DNA of 64,000 bases from Puccinia triticina. Its lineage: Eukaryota. The notes under the pieces were generated by a model. It saw only the letters and a program-made list of their open reading frames with translations. It was not told the DNA's origin and ran no database searches. Made by a program: the position numbers and the translations under genes. The stretch lies in assembly GCA_026914245.1 (NCBI GenBank), contig CP110440.1, positions 2,976,001 through 3,040,000 on the forward strand. The letters are read 5' to 3'. Below, one piece after another: positions 1 to 11,610 of this stretch (position 1 is its first letter; each line of letters starts with the position of its first letter).

Positions 1-107
1 GGGCGTGGATTACAGGTACCAGAGTGATTTCTAGAGGGCGTTTGGCGGTGATTCCTTCCTGGTGAGTGTCTGAGTGATGTAATAAGGTTTTGATTAGGCT
101 CACCACA
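1..107 (-). repeat. 3' LTR (partial) of Gypsy element
   Basis: Exact match to 8804-8910, ends in CCACA. Confidence 0.95.
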
Positions 108-119
108 TCCACCCCCAAA
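108..119 (-). other. Polypurine tract
   Basis: TTTGGGGGTGGA on minus strand immediately before the 3' LTR TGTGG. Confidence 0.8.
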
Positions 120-557
120 TTAGATGATGTCCCCATCATCCAACCTTGAGTGAGGTATGACAAAGAGAGGAGAAAAGAAAATAGGGCAAGGCAAAAGAAG
201 ACTGTGACGTGGCAAGTTTGATTGGTTTTTGTGCAGATTTTGTTTTTTGTATGTTTTGATTTTTCTTCTAGCGTAAAAAAATTGAGTTGAGTTTGAAGAA
301 TAGAAAAGCTATGAACAAGTGAGGCAGAAATAAGATTTGGTTGATTTATATTTCTTTAGTGAATTTTATGCTGTTTTTTCTTGTTTGATTTTATTGTAAA
401 TTTCCAGGAAATAATGTGATGACAAAGAGGTATATCTAGATGAAGAAATAAAGGAAAAATGTAAAAAGAATTTTTAGGGGAAATGGGTGGAGAAGCCACC
501 CCCAAATTGGTGTGATCCTTGCGGCGTAGCTATCCTTAGTTTTGTCTCCAGAGCTGT

Positions 558-890
558 TTATGTCATCCGCGCTAGAAGTTCCAGACCTTGGGGCTCCTCC
601 TTTGTCGTTGCTCGCGCCTCCAATAGCAATCCGTCTGCTTTCGCGCCATCAAGAGCTCCAATAGCTTTATTAGCTCCCTCCCGACTTGTGAACACGACCA
701 AAGCAAATAGCTCTATCCCAGATCCGACGTGTGGCGTAAAAGATTCCCTTATAGATCCGTGCTCTTTCAGCGCTTCTGTGATGTCTGCGGCGGAAGTTCC
801 CGGCGCAATATTAAAGAGATAGATGGGCCAGAAATGTGCTAAGGAGGTTTCAGCCGACTGATTTGCAGGGACTTTAAAATGGTTACTCAT
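558..890 (-). CDS. Stand-alone RRM-domain protein (110 aa) inside the Gypsy 3' region
   Basis: RNP2-like IYLFNI, helix SAADITEALKEHGSI, RNP1-like LFALVVF, helix REGANKAIGALDG and final strand DGLLLEAR; ORF uninterrupted. Confidence 0.7.
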   Translation of the reverse strand: MSNHFKVPANQSAETSLAHFWPIYLFNIAPGTSAADITEALKEHGSIRESFTPHVGSGIELFALVVFTSREGANKAIGALDGAKADGLLLEARATTKEEPQGLELLARMT

Positions 891-1595
891 TTCGAAGGAG
901 TTGTATTGAGATGTTCACAAAAAAATGCTAATCCGAACAGGTTGGCAGGATGTAAGTGGGTCGTGGTAAGAAGGCTCTCGCGAGATGGAGGGAAAGAAAC
1001 TGGGGTGTGCGCCGGTCGGTCAAACCCCTCAATCAACAAGCACCACGCGAATCGTCTCCGGTCTAGCTTCTAGATGGTATTGTGCGCCGCGTTGTTAGCA
1101 AGGCCACCTTTGAACTGAGGATGGCGCTACCGCTATCGCCTCAAGCATCATTTCCAGTCCCAGTTGTGCAAGCTATGCTTGTTGTTTTTGTTTTTGGACC
1201 GGCCTAGGCCGGAAACTTGTCTTGTACATTTGTTGATTTGATTTTGGACCGGCCTAGGCCGGAAACTTGCTTTCTTTAATTTATACCGACGTTATTGTTA
1301 CTGGCCCGTTGAGAGCTCGAAGTCGGCGTGGTCGCGGAGATGTAGGCCAAAGATCATGTTACTGGCTAGACAAACGCTTGTAGTTCGGCGTGGTCGCAGA
1401 GATCTAAGCCGATGGTCTTGTTCCCAACTAGACGAAAGTTTGAAGTCCTCGGATTCTTCCGAGCAAAAGGAGAGCACCCAAAGCTATATAAAGGGGATTG
1501 AGATGATGGCGAAAATCCACATCCACCCCAAGTTCCTCATTACTATCAGTCCTTGCTAAGCCAACACACAAACTTCACCTCATCTCCTGTTTACC

Positions 1596-2012
1596 ATGTC
1601 TTTTATTCCTGAATCGCCTATTGATGGTGCCTGGGATCCAAACTCCCAAACAAACGCGCGCAGCGGTTACGGCAAAACCAATACTCCCTTATCTTTAGTA
1701 AATAATTATCCCCTTGGTTCACAAAATTATCCTATCTTAATCCACTCCGACGACGAAGATTTCATCGCTGGAGCACATGTAGCAGCCTCCTATGTCACTC
1801 GGGTTGTTGAACTCCCGCAACTTCATGTTTTTCGGCAACGCCTCCGCCTCCTTGTTGCCAGAACGCAATTCCAACACAATCAACCGACTAGAAGAGCTCG
1901 TCGAAATGGCCATGCCCGCGGCAGTCGTCCGGTGGTCCTGGAATTCCGCCATGTTGAGCGCAAACTTGAGGCGCTGATAAATGGTAGCTTTGAGATTCAA
2001 ATGGCCTACTAA
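1596..2012 (+). CDS. Antisense accessory ORF (138 aa) of Gypsy element, unknown function
   Basis: ACCATG start, TATATAAA about 110 nt upstream, PILIHSDDED acidic motif, Arg-rich segment. Confidence 0.45.
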   Translation: MSFIPESPIDGAWDPNSQTNARSGYGKTNTPLSLVNNYPLGSQNYPILIHSDDEDFIAGAHVAASYVTRVVELPQLHVFRQRLRLLVARTQFQHNQPTRRARRNGHARGSRPVVLEFRHVERKLEALINGSFEIQMAY

Positions 2013-2101
2013 GTAAGCCCCTAATTTTTTTATTTTTCACTGAAATTTACTCCTTTATTTTACTAATTTATGCTTCCTATCGGCAACACCAGTCCCCCAC
2101 T

Positions 2102-2138
<37 letters not shown>

Positions 2139-2229
2139 TTGAAAGCCCTTATAGATCTAACTGTCTGAAATGTGAATAGCCATAGAAAATTTAATCTTTC
2201 CCAAAAAAAGCAACAAAGCCAGAATAAAA

Positions 2230-5200
2230 TCAGAGTTTTCTTGAATGGAACAGCTTCACATGAGGCGCCGCATACCTGCGCTTGAGTTCTTGACCGTCAA
2301 GTTCTTCTAAAGTATATGAGCCACTTTTTTCTTGTGATTTTATGCGGTACGGCCCATTCCAGCGGTTTTCAAAGAGCTTTCCCCACTGACTTTCTAGAGA
2401 TTTATTGTACACAAGAACTAGGGATCCCGGCGCAAGCGGTCCTCTGTCTGGTTTCTTCTGATTCCAATATTCGGCAGAATTTTCCCTGGAGTCCTTCATG
2501 TTCTTGTAAGCCTCTTGCAAAATTGATTCTCTCCTCTCCAGTTGGCGAACTCTGGCAAATAGGAGGTCTGCGGTTGATTTTACTGACTCCCAATCAGTCC
2601 CTAAGAAAGTTTCCAGTTCGAGGTCAATTGGTAAAACCGCCGGTTGGCCAAACATGAGTTCATAAGGCGTATAACCAGTGGTTCTCTTTGTAGAAACTCT
2701 ATCCGCAAAAAGGACAAGAGATAAGTAGCTGCGCCATTTCTTCCCGTCCGTCCCAGCCAGTTTAACCAAGGTATCTTTGATGGGCTGATGACCTCTTTCT
2801 ACCATCCCGTTTGCTTCCGGATAATATGGCGTAGTGACTTTTACCATGGATCCTTTCTGCTTTAAGCAATCCTGAAGTTCCTTCCCAAATTCCGCCCCGC
2901 CGTCGACTACAACTGTGTGAGGTGCGCCATATCTGAAAATCCATTCGTCCGTAAACCACTGCGCAATCTTCTTAGCTTTAAGAGTTTCCAATCCCACAGC
3001 TTTGACCCATCCAGAGAGATCATCTCTTGAAATCACTAGGTATTTCCACTTTCCCGCTTTAATATGTACTGTATCCATACTGACGCGCCCAAAAATGGTA
3101 GATTTCCCTGTTGCGTGCTTATGTTCCAAAGGTTTCAAGGGGCTTCTCTTCTGACAGGCGTTGCAGGACTGGACCCAACTCTTGACTTTTCTTTTCATGT
3201 GCGGCCACCAAAACCTAAGCTTAGTCCGTTTGTAAGTTTCTTCCACTCCTCTATGGCCAAGTTGTTTGTGAAGCGCCTCCAGAATGTGTTCTTGGTATTT
3301 TGGATTGCTGATAACTAGTTGCGGGAAAGGTTTATTTCTCTTTTTAAGTTTGCCGTCAGAGACCATGAAGCCGGCAGATTTAAGCTTTATGACTTTCCAA
3401 TCCGCGTCAGAGGTATCTGTTGGCCTATTTAGAGTGAGAAAATATTCTTGAAGCTTGCCCCAAATTCCTTCTTGCTGAAATTGACCGCACTCCACCCCCA
3501 AATTTAAAGTGTTAACCTCTTTGACGCCAAAACCGGGGTGAGGCTTAATCCATTTCTCATCTTCGTCAAAACTGGGCTGCTCTCCTTCATCATTGTCTGG
3601 CGGTCTTCTAGATAATTCGTCGGGCATAGTGAAAGTTTTCCCAGGGACGTGAACCAAATTATAAGAGAATAATTGAATAAAAGCCACCCAACGAGTCATG
3701 GGAGCATTTGGAAGATCAGGTGAGTTAATCATTTCTATAAGGCTTTTAGCGTCCACTAAGAGGTCGAATTGCTGGCCCCAAAGCTGAGTTTGTAATTTTT
3801 TTAGGATTTTTGCGACGCCACAGAGCTCCAGTTTTGATTGAGAATATCTGGATTCCACCGGCGAAAAAACCACGGATTCGTATAAGACTGGCCTGTCTTT
3901 CTGGTTATCTTCTTGAGTGAGTACTGCTCCTGCCGCAATGTAGCTAGAATCCACCGCTAATTTTATTTTTCCTGCTCCTTCAGAGTAGTCCAATTTTTTT
4001 AGAGTTATATCATAACCTACTATCCGTTTCAAAAGATCAAACGCATCCTGGCACTCCTTTTTCCAGTTCCATTCCGCGTCTTTTCTGGTCAATTTTCTAA
4101 GCGGTGCGGCAAGCTCTGAAAGTCCTTTAATAAACATCCTGACATAGACGCAGACTCCTAGAAAACCTCAAACTTCCGTTGCATTTTTTGGTACCGGCCA
4201 TGTTTCAATTTTATTTAGCTGTTTTTTCGAAATTTTTCTGCCCTCCCTGCACACAACGTGACCCACAAGATCCAACGCGGGGACGCAGCAGGCAAATTTC
4301 TTTCCGGAAATTGTGAGTCCAGCTTCTTCTATTCTAAATAAGATCCGCTCCAGAGTGACGGCGTACTCCCAGATAAATTTCCTGATGCCAGGGTTTTCTG
4401 CCAAAGTTTCTTGATTGTAATCTGAAACAGGACCTTTTATACCGCCATAATCAATGAATATACCGACATTTTGAGGAATTTCGTCTTGTAGAATCCACAT
4501 CATTTGCGCCTGGTATACGGCGACAGAATTGGTTGCTCCTTGTGGTAATCTGGTAAGCTGAAATCGTCCCAGAGGAGTTTCAAAGGTGGTTAATGGCCTA
4601 GATTCTAATGATAACTCTCTTTCATCGTAGCCTCCCATTATATCTCCCAGACCGTAGCAAGCTCTCCCGGTAAAAGATTCAATTAATTCTTCCGGTGAAG
4701 GCGGTATTCCAGAGTCCTTAATTGTTACTTTATTAAGTTTTTGTAAGTCGTGGACAATCCTGAGCCTTCCATCTTGTTTTTTGACGCAAAAGACCGGACT
4801 AGAATAAGAGGAATAAGACTGTTTGTAAAGACCTGTTCAAATGCGCTCCCGTACTAACTCTATGAATTGATCTTTGATTGCGGCAGGAATTGGAATAGGT
4901 CGCTGCTGCCAAGGTTCGTGGGCGATGACGGGAATGATGTAAGGTTTTCCGTAAGTGTGTTTGAGAAGTCCTCTCTCTTCCTCCCGAAAAGCAAGTCCTC
5001 CCTGCCGCATTACAATGATATGTTTGAATAATTTAAGTTCTTCAGGTTTGAGCCACCCGGGTGGACCGAAATTAATGACTTTAAGGCGGTCTTCTGTGAT
5101 TTTCCAAGTAGGGGTAAAATTAGGCGGGTGAGGAGTTAAAGGTGTTACATAAGGATCTCTAGATAAAGGAGGACTACATAAGGGTGAGTTTATGTTCTGC

Positions 5201-5334
5201 GGCATGAACTGATTTACTGGCTTGATTTTTTTTGACGTTGATTTATATTTTGCCGCAAACACTAACTTTTCTTCTACACTATATTTGGGCACCTTCCAAT
5301 CACCTACTTCTGGAAGGTGCCAGAAGCTAAAAAA
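2230..5334 (-). pseudogene. Gypsy pol (RT, RNase H, integrase), disrupted
   Basis: RT LPQG and FIDYGG (catalytic DD altered), RNase H AVDSS, integrase H..GH..C..C and D-D-E; in-frame TGA at 4837 and 4168; no chromodomain after IN. Confidence 0.93.
5288..5334 (-). promoter_or_regulatory. Programmed -1 ribosomal frameshift signal
   Basis: T TTT TTA heptamer, 6-nt spacer, perfect 11-bp stem GGCACCTTCCA/TGGAAGGTGCC; the -1 frame continues into pol. Confidence 0.8.
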
Positions 5335-7850
5335 TGACTCGAGGTTGCGGCTGAATTGACAGGAAAAGTGGTCTCGTATTTTTGGTTTGATGGGTTTAAA
5401 ATTGGAACCAGGTAAGTCTGACCATTTTTATTTATTGAGAGGGATTCCACACCGCTGTCCTTGAATTGAATAGTAGCTGAGACGTCTATCAACCATGGTT
5501 TTCCTAGTATAGGCTGTACCGCCGCAGAAGAGACCCAGAAATGCACTTCTTTCGTAATATTTCCTACTTTAACCGGTACATTTTCCGCAATTCCCAGAAT
5601 GTCACTCTTGTGTCCGCCAATACCGCGCAGCTGCATAGGTTTTTGAGTAATTATAAGCCCCATTTTCCCCGCTAGATCCCTAGGTAAAAGATTAACTTGA
5701 GAACCGTTGTCTAAGAGCGCCTGAATTTGCTTCCCATTAATGGTGACAGCAACATATCCTAAGGGGCAAGCGTAATGCGCTGGACCGCTATCTTGCGCTT
5801 CCTCCTCTTTGTCTTCAGAGTTGACGTCGACAGCGTTGGTTGTCTTAGGTTGATCTATAGGAACTCTTTTAGGACTAATCTTCTTTTTGAATGCATCCAC
5901 GGCGCCGTTAGATATGGCAAAAACTTCCCCAATGGTGAGTTGAATTTTCTCATTTAACATTTGTGAGACCAACTTCTCTTCCGTGTCGGGGAACTGCGTA
6001 GCTAATGGTCTTTCCACATAGGTTTTGCGGGCAGGTTTCTCCTTTGTTGGCGCGCTGGTAGAGTCCTGAGGCGTGAGGATTTTAACCTTCTTTGGTGCGG
6101 GGTTTTCTTTTCTTGAAGATGCAGGAAGAGGAACTGGGTCATAATCATCCTGTCGAGAAATCTCCAAGATCCTCTTGTCGTCGACGTCCATGAGCTCTTC
6201 CTTTGTGTTTCTGACTTTTTTTGCTTTTGAATTGTCTGACCCTTCAGGATATTCTGCACCACTTCTGGTTCTCTTTCCAATGTCGCAGCCGAAAGTGTCT
6301 TCCTCCGCATATTCAACCTCCTCAAGCTTTCCAAAAGAGGTCTGGACTTCTGGTGCGCTATCTTCCTTTTTTCCCGTATGCGTTCCTGGCGGTAGATTGA
6401 TAACTCCCGCTGTTTGTCCTCTGCTTTGGTGATAAGTGTCAACTACGGTTTTAAAAGGCCTGGTTCTATCATAAGGTATTTGAGTTCAGTCTGGTAAAAT
6501 AACATTGGTTCCTTCCTTCTTTACTAATCCGTTGATTTCGTCCAAGTTAACTTGATTGCACCTGTGGATGGTATGTCCAATCATGTGACAGTAATTACAT
6601 TTATAGCTAGATGGGGACCGGTCTAGTTGGGCGGGTTTATAAGGAACGTGACTTGACGACACAAATGGAGACGGCTGCTTTTGTACATTCCAGCTAGAAA
6701 GGCTTTTAGTAAGTTGATCCATAGCATTATCTTTTGGTTGAGCTTTCTGCGCCGGTGGCTGAATTGTTTGAATTTCTTTCTGAATGTTTTCGTCGTTTAA
6801 AATAGCCATAGTCCTAAGTTCTCTATTAATATAGTCCAAGATAGTGTTATACGGCGGAAGAATGTGAGATCCATCCAAGGCCATTTCCATGTGGTTATCT
6901 CTTATGAGTTCGCGGTTTACGGCAATCCGGATAGGAAAAGATAAGCAATTTAGAACCGAGTGCCTGATTTCTTCCGCGCTAACCATGTGTCGACAGCGTA
7001 CTAAGTAGGCTACTAAGTTTTCTAGCTGGATACTGAAATCCTGGAACTCCTTCTGGGTTTTGATTCCCTTTGCCATCGTGGTTGAAATAAGTTTGTCCAA
7101 ATCATTCCTTGTGTACTGCAGAAGCGGAAGCATTTTTCCCCAACGTTGAACTAATTTAAGCTTGAGTTTTTCCCAGTCGTGTATTTCCCGCTCCGCCATT
7201 TCCTGTACTTCTTTGATTAAAGATTCCCCTTCCAAGTAGAATATAATTTGTAGAGCAATATCAGATCCTTGGGCGCCATCCAATCTAGCCGCATATTCCA
7301 GGCGCTTAATAAAATCTCCAATGTCCATGTTTGTACCATCAAAGATAAGTCCTTTGGCGCCAGCTTTGATTTTAACTGGTTTCCTTCCAAATGGTTCTGG
7401 GTTATAGGCGGGGAGCTGAATGCTAGTTTGTAAGAAATGTGGCATAACTTGAGCTGCTGCGCCTGATTGGCGAGTCTGGTTTACGTATTGCGGCGCAGGG
7501 CGGTATTGACTGTTTAAAAAGTTATTTCCTAGGAGTGGATCCAACGCTGCGCTTCCTGTGGTTGAAGGGCTAGTATTTCTCATTGGTCCAGGATTAAATG
7601 GCACTGAGGGCGCTTGATTTGATGAAAATGTAAGCCCGCTATTCACTATTGGCATAGCTCCGACGTTCCTCGGCGTAACTGACGATCCAACGTTCCCCGG
7701 CGGAACCGACGATCCAACGTCCATCGGCGCAGGCGCTAATCCAACTATTGCTTGTCTATTATTTCCTCCAAACGGCGCAATTTCCATATTAGATAAATGG
7801 AACCTAGGGTACGGTCCGGAGAAAGAGCTTCGTCTGCCGGCGTTAGGCAT
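5304..7850 (-). pseudogene. Gypsy gag with CCHC knuckle and in-frame aspartic protease
   Basis: CNYCHMIGHTIHRC knuckle, ALLDNGSQVNLL and ILGKPW; the two ORFs are joined across a single TGA at 6486. Confidence 0.88.
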
Positions 7851-8108
7851 TTCTTGCGGTATTTCTACGGTTAAGTTTCTAGAGTCTACTAAGTTGATGA
7901 TATAGTTATTTAAGGTAGAAAGACTTGGGTGCGTCGAGTTTAAAAGTATTTCAGAAGAATTCTAGGTCGGAATTTTGTTTGAAAAGATTTTAAACTAAGA
8001 GTAAGAGTAATTTTTCTACTAAGATCAATAGAATTTTTAGAGTAATTTTTAACTAATGTATTTATTTAGCCTAGAAATGACGAGACTATAAATCTAAAGA
8101 TCTTCAGG

Positions 8109-8125
8109 CCACTGTTGGGACACCA
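8109..8125 (-). other. Primer binding site (tRNA identity uncertain)
   Basis: TGGTGTCCCAACAGTGG two nt inside the 5' LTR. Confidence 0.6.
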
Positions 8126-8127
8126 CT

Positions 8128-8910
8128 TGTGGAACTACTCTTTGGGGGAATAGAGCTTAGAGAGGGATGAGTGCGTGAAAAGCTACCTCTCAGGTTGGGA
8201 GAGTAATATGGGACAAGAATAAGAGTATGGACTCTTAAAGAAAAGTGTGGCTGATGAAGTATTGAGAATAGTGCTTTCTAGACGAAATCAAGGGGGAAAA
8301 TATACTGTAAAATATGTGGTAAAATAGGCTATGTAATTCTTATTCTGTGACCAGGGATGCAAAGTGACAATCTGATGGGGGACAAACAGAATGGGCCAAA
8401 AGGCTCTACATTTATAGTGAGGGGACAACAGGTGGTTCTGAGACAAAGAGAAAGATGGGAACAGGGTACAAAAAGCCTCCAACAAGGTGACAAGGCAACA
8501 AAACAACAAGGCATCTACTACATGGCTTGGGATGACATAAGAGGAAAACAATAACCATGGCGCATCAGCCGCCATGCATCTGAGAAAGAGTTACGCCTTG
8601 CTGGAATATAGAGGAGTTAATTCTAGTGAACACTCAGGGTCCTTCCTAATAGTCTGGCTCTGTTTGATGGTGGACTTTCTCCCACTTTGAACCTGATTGT
8701 GTACATATTTTATTACCCATTGTGGAGGGCCATCCATGAAAGTGAATACTGAGAAGTTGAAGCGCCTTGTAGAGATGATTCTAGGCTATTATGAAGTGTC
8801 TGTGGGCGTGGATTACAGGTACCAGAGTGATTTCTAGAGGGCGTTTGGCGGTGATTCCTTCCTGGTGAGTGTCTGAGTGATGTAATAAGGTTTTGATTAG
8901 GCTCACCACA
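8128..8910 (-). repeat. 5' LTR (783 bp)
   Basis: TGTGG...CCACA termini; distal end matches 1-107. Confidence 0.93.
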
Positions 8911-8974
8911 CCGGACGCAAGGATAGCTAACCACCCAACACAGGATACCTGCAGTGTACCCGTCTGTCTTATCA

Positions 8975-9343
8975 CACTAATCTGCTCTCATTTTTAGACT
9001 AGGTCTAGGATTAACAGAGTAAACTTGATCTTGAGTGGGCTTGAGGTGAAAAGGAATAAAGAAGAAACAGTCAAGAGACATGAAGTTTCACTCTGGATAA
9101 GCAAGGTCCAAAGAAAGAGTATACTTACTGTCAATATCATAGGCGCCTGTGACAGTAGGTGTACTGGGAGCATGGTATCCTCTTTAGAGATGATCCTGGG
9201 TTATCTGGGGTGTGGTTCTGGCTGTCTGAAGTCTGTGGATCCCTCTGATGCATGGGGGATCCTCACTTTGAAAATTTTCCCAGTTTGATTATGTAATTAC
9301 ATATGAAGTGGTTGGCGTGCCTGGTAGCGCTTCCATGTCACAA
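8975..9343. mobile_element. LTR fragment related to the solo LTR at 54627-55595
   Basis: About 9120-9343 aligns by eye with about 55155-55385 (tactgtcaatatc...ctggtagcgct..catgtcacaac). Confidence 0.6.
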
Positions 9344-10661
9344 CTCATGCATTGTATTTCATTCCTTGACTACAATATTGATCCACAAAAAAACATGCAA
9401 TGGAATTCTTGAGTGTGGATATGAGAGAGTGAAATATGTGGAGCAGGCATGTATTCAAATTGATTTCAAATAGGGTCACGGTGCAGACTGTATTTGGTAA
9501 GACATTGGATGATAAAAACATGTGGCCAAGTGTGAAGCCTTGTTGGTGATTGAGGATAAGAGGGAAAAAAACCCCGTTAACACTCTTACAATTGATTCTA
9601 ACATGAAGTGGAACAAGAAAAGAGTCAATAATCTGGTATTTCAGCAAGTCAACTAGACAAATAAAAACTGGACAGATGGTAAAGAGACATAAATTGATCA
9701 ATAATCAGCATCAGGACCAACAATGGAATCAATGAGAGCACTGTCCAACTTGAGGGTGTTTACATCTGCATTTTGCTTTAATTTGCTCTCCTCTTTGCAG
9801 ATGACCTGAATTCAGTGTTTTGCTTGTTTGGAGATGTGGGTGTTGTTGGGTGTGTTTGACAATACTGTTTTGTGCAGATTTTACAATGTTTTGCTAAAAG
9901 ATGTGTTAGTCTTGGCAGAATTGCCTTTTATAAGCAATTGAGTTGGAGCACTAACATTTGGTCAAACTAGAGATTGAAGGAGATTGTTCAATGTTTACGT
10001 CCTCAAAAGACACAAGCTTGGGCTGAAAGGTCTGAAGCAACTGATCCATATTCAAGCTGAGGGGATAGCTTGCTCTTAACGCGTCCACTGCGGCCGTAAA
10101 TTTTGCATTGGTCTCCACAGCATCAGGTAGAGCTTTGACTTGAAGATCATCTTTGGAATAGCTTGCAGCAGCTGTGACAATTCCAGAACTGTCAGCTGAT
10201 GCCTTGCTATAATATGGAAGGGAACAAAGCTTACAAGGTGGGTCTGTAAAAGTGACCCATGATGGAGGCGCAGGTGCTTCTTCTGATGGAATGTATGTGT
10301 CTTCAACTAAATGTACCCATGGCGTCATAAAACCAGTGAACGGTTTTGCTGCAAGGCGGAGAGATTGTTCTTCCAACAAGGCTGCTACATCACAAAGCTT
10401 GGAAATATTGGGCAATGTCAATATGTATGGTTTGTGGGCATGGGATTTGAAAGGTGTTGGAGGAAATGCATTTAGATTTTGAGTCTGGTATGGAAGTTTT
10501 TTGATCAACTCTTGTAGAATATTGTTGAGGGCTAAGCAATTCTCAAGGGTAAGTTTTGACCCATGGGTTTGGAGTTTTGATGCTAGAAAGAGGAGGGAGG
10601 TGGCAAATCCAAGTCAAAAATGTGATAGGAATTCAAATTAGCTGCTATAACAACATACCGG

Positions 10662-11050
10662 CAACAAAGGGTAGTTACGCTACGCGTAACACGTAGATAA
10701 CGGTAACGTAACAAAATTTTTGTCGTTATCTACGCGTTACGCGTAACGGCAGTGCAATTACATTATTGCAACACGTTGAGCCAGTTTTTTTTATGCTCGT
10801 TGCGTTATCCAAGTGCACGGAGCCCTTGAGAACGGGCAAAAAATGAGGCTAAAAAGCCTTAAATGGTCCGTTATTGCTTTATCCGGGGGATAACGCGATA
10901 ACGGGCCTCAAAAATGAGGCCCGTTACGTTACGCGCGGGGCCTGAAATGACCCCGTTACTAGTAAAGTAACGGGGGGCCCCGGATAACGGGGGTAGTTAC
11001 GTTACCAAAATTGCGCGGATAACGCAACGTAACGTAACTACCCTTTGTTG
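10662..11050. mobile_element. MITE with 7-bp TSD
   Basis: TIR CAACAAAGGGTAGTTACG; ATACCGG on both flanks. Confidence 0.88.
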
Positions 11051-11610
11051 ATACCGGGGTGGCCATGGAAGTTGGGGGTATCTTCCAAATGAAGGCAACA
11101 ACCATCAACCATTGTGGCCATTCCGGTGGCTATTTTTTTGGAATGAGTACAAGAGCTCAAAGGTTTGACCTGGTTGCTGGGGGTTAGTCCACAGATATTG
11201 GTGGATCCTCCACTCAAGAGGCCAGGTTCTATGTTGCTGCAACTGCGGATATTTGGGGCCACAATCAGGTTGCGTTTAGGTGCACATTTGTCATGGTTGG
11301 GCTTGGTTCTGGATGGAGGTTCAACTGGGTTGCTGGCGGGTGGTAGGCAAGACTTCTGAGAAAAGTTTTTTTATTTGGGGCAACAAACTCAACTTGTTTG
11401 CGTGAGTTCTGCTGCAAAGGAACAATAGGCCGTACATTCAATCTAAAAAGGCTGTTGGTTCTTTCAGTGTTGTTTTCAGATTTGCTCTCCGAGTGCATGA
11501 TCCTCTGAATGTCTTTGTCTGACAAATCCAATTCAAGCTTGTCAAAATCGTTTTCTCCTGATTTGCTGGATGGTGGCAATGGTTTTTGCCAAGCGTTTGA
11601 TAATCTGGTT

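Larger units (their letters stand above)
1..8910 (-). mobile_element. Ty3/Gypsy LTR retrotransposon (3' LTR truncated by window edge), gag-PR / RT-RH-IN plus extra 3' ORFs
   Basis: 1-107 is identical to 8804-8910; LTR has TGTGG...CCACA termini; PPT next to the 3' LTR; domain order PR-RT-RH-IN. Confidence 0.95.
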
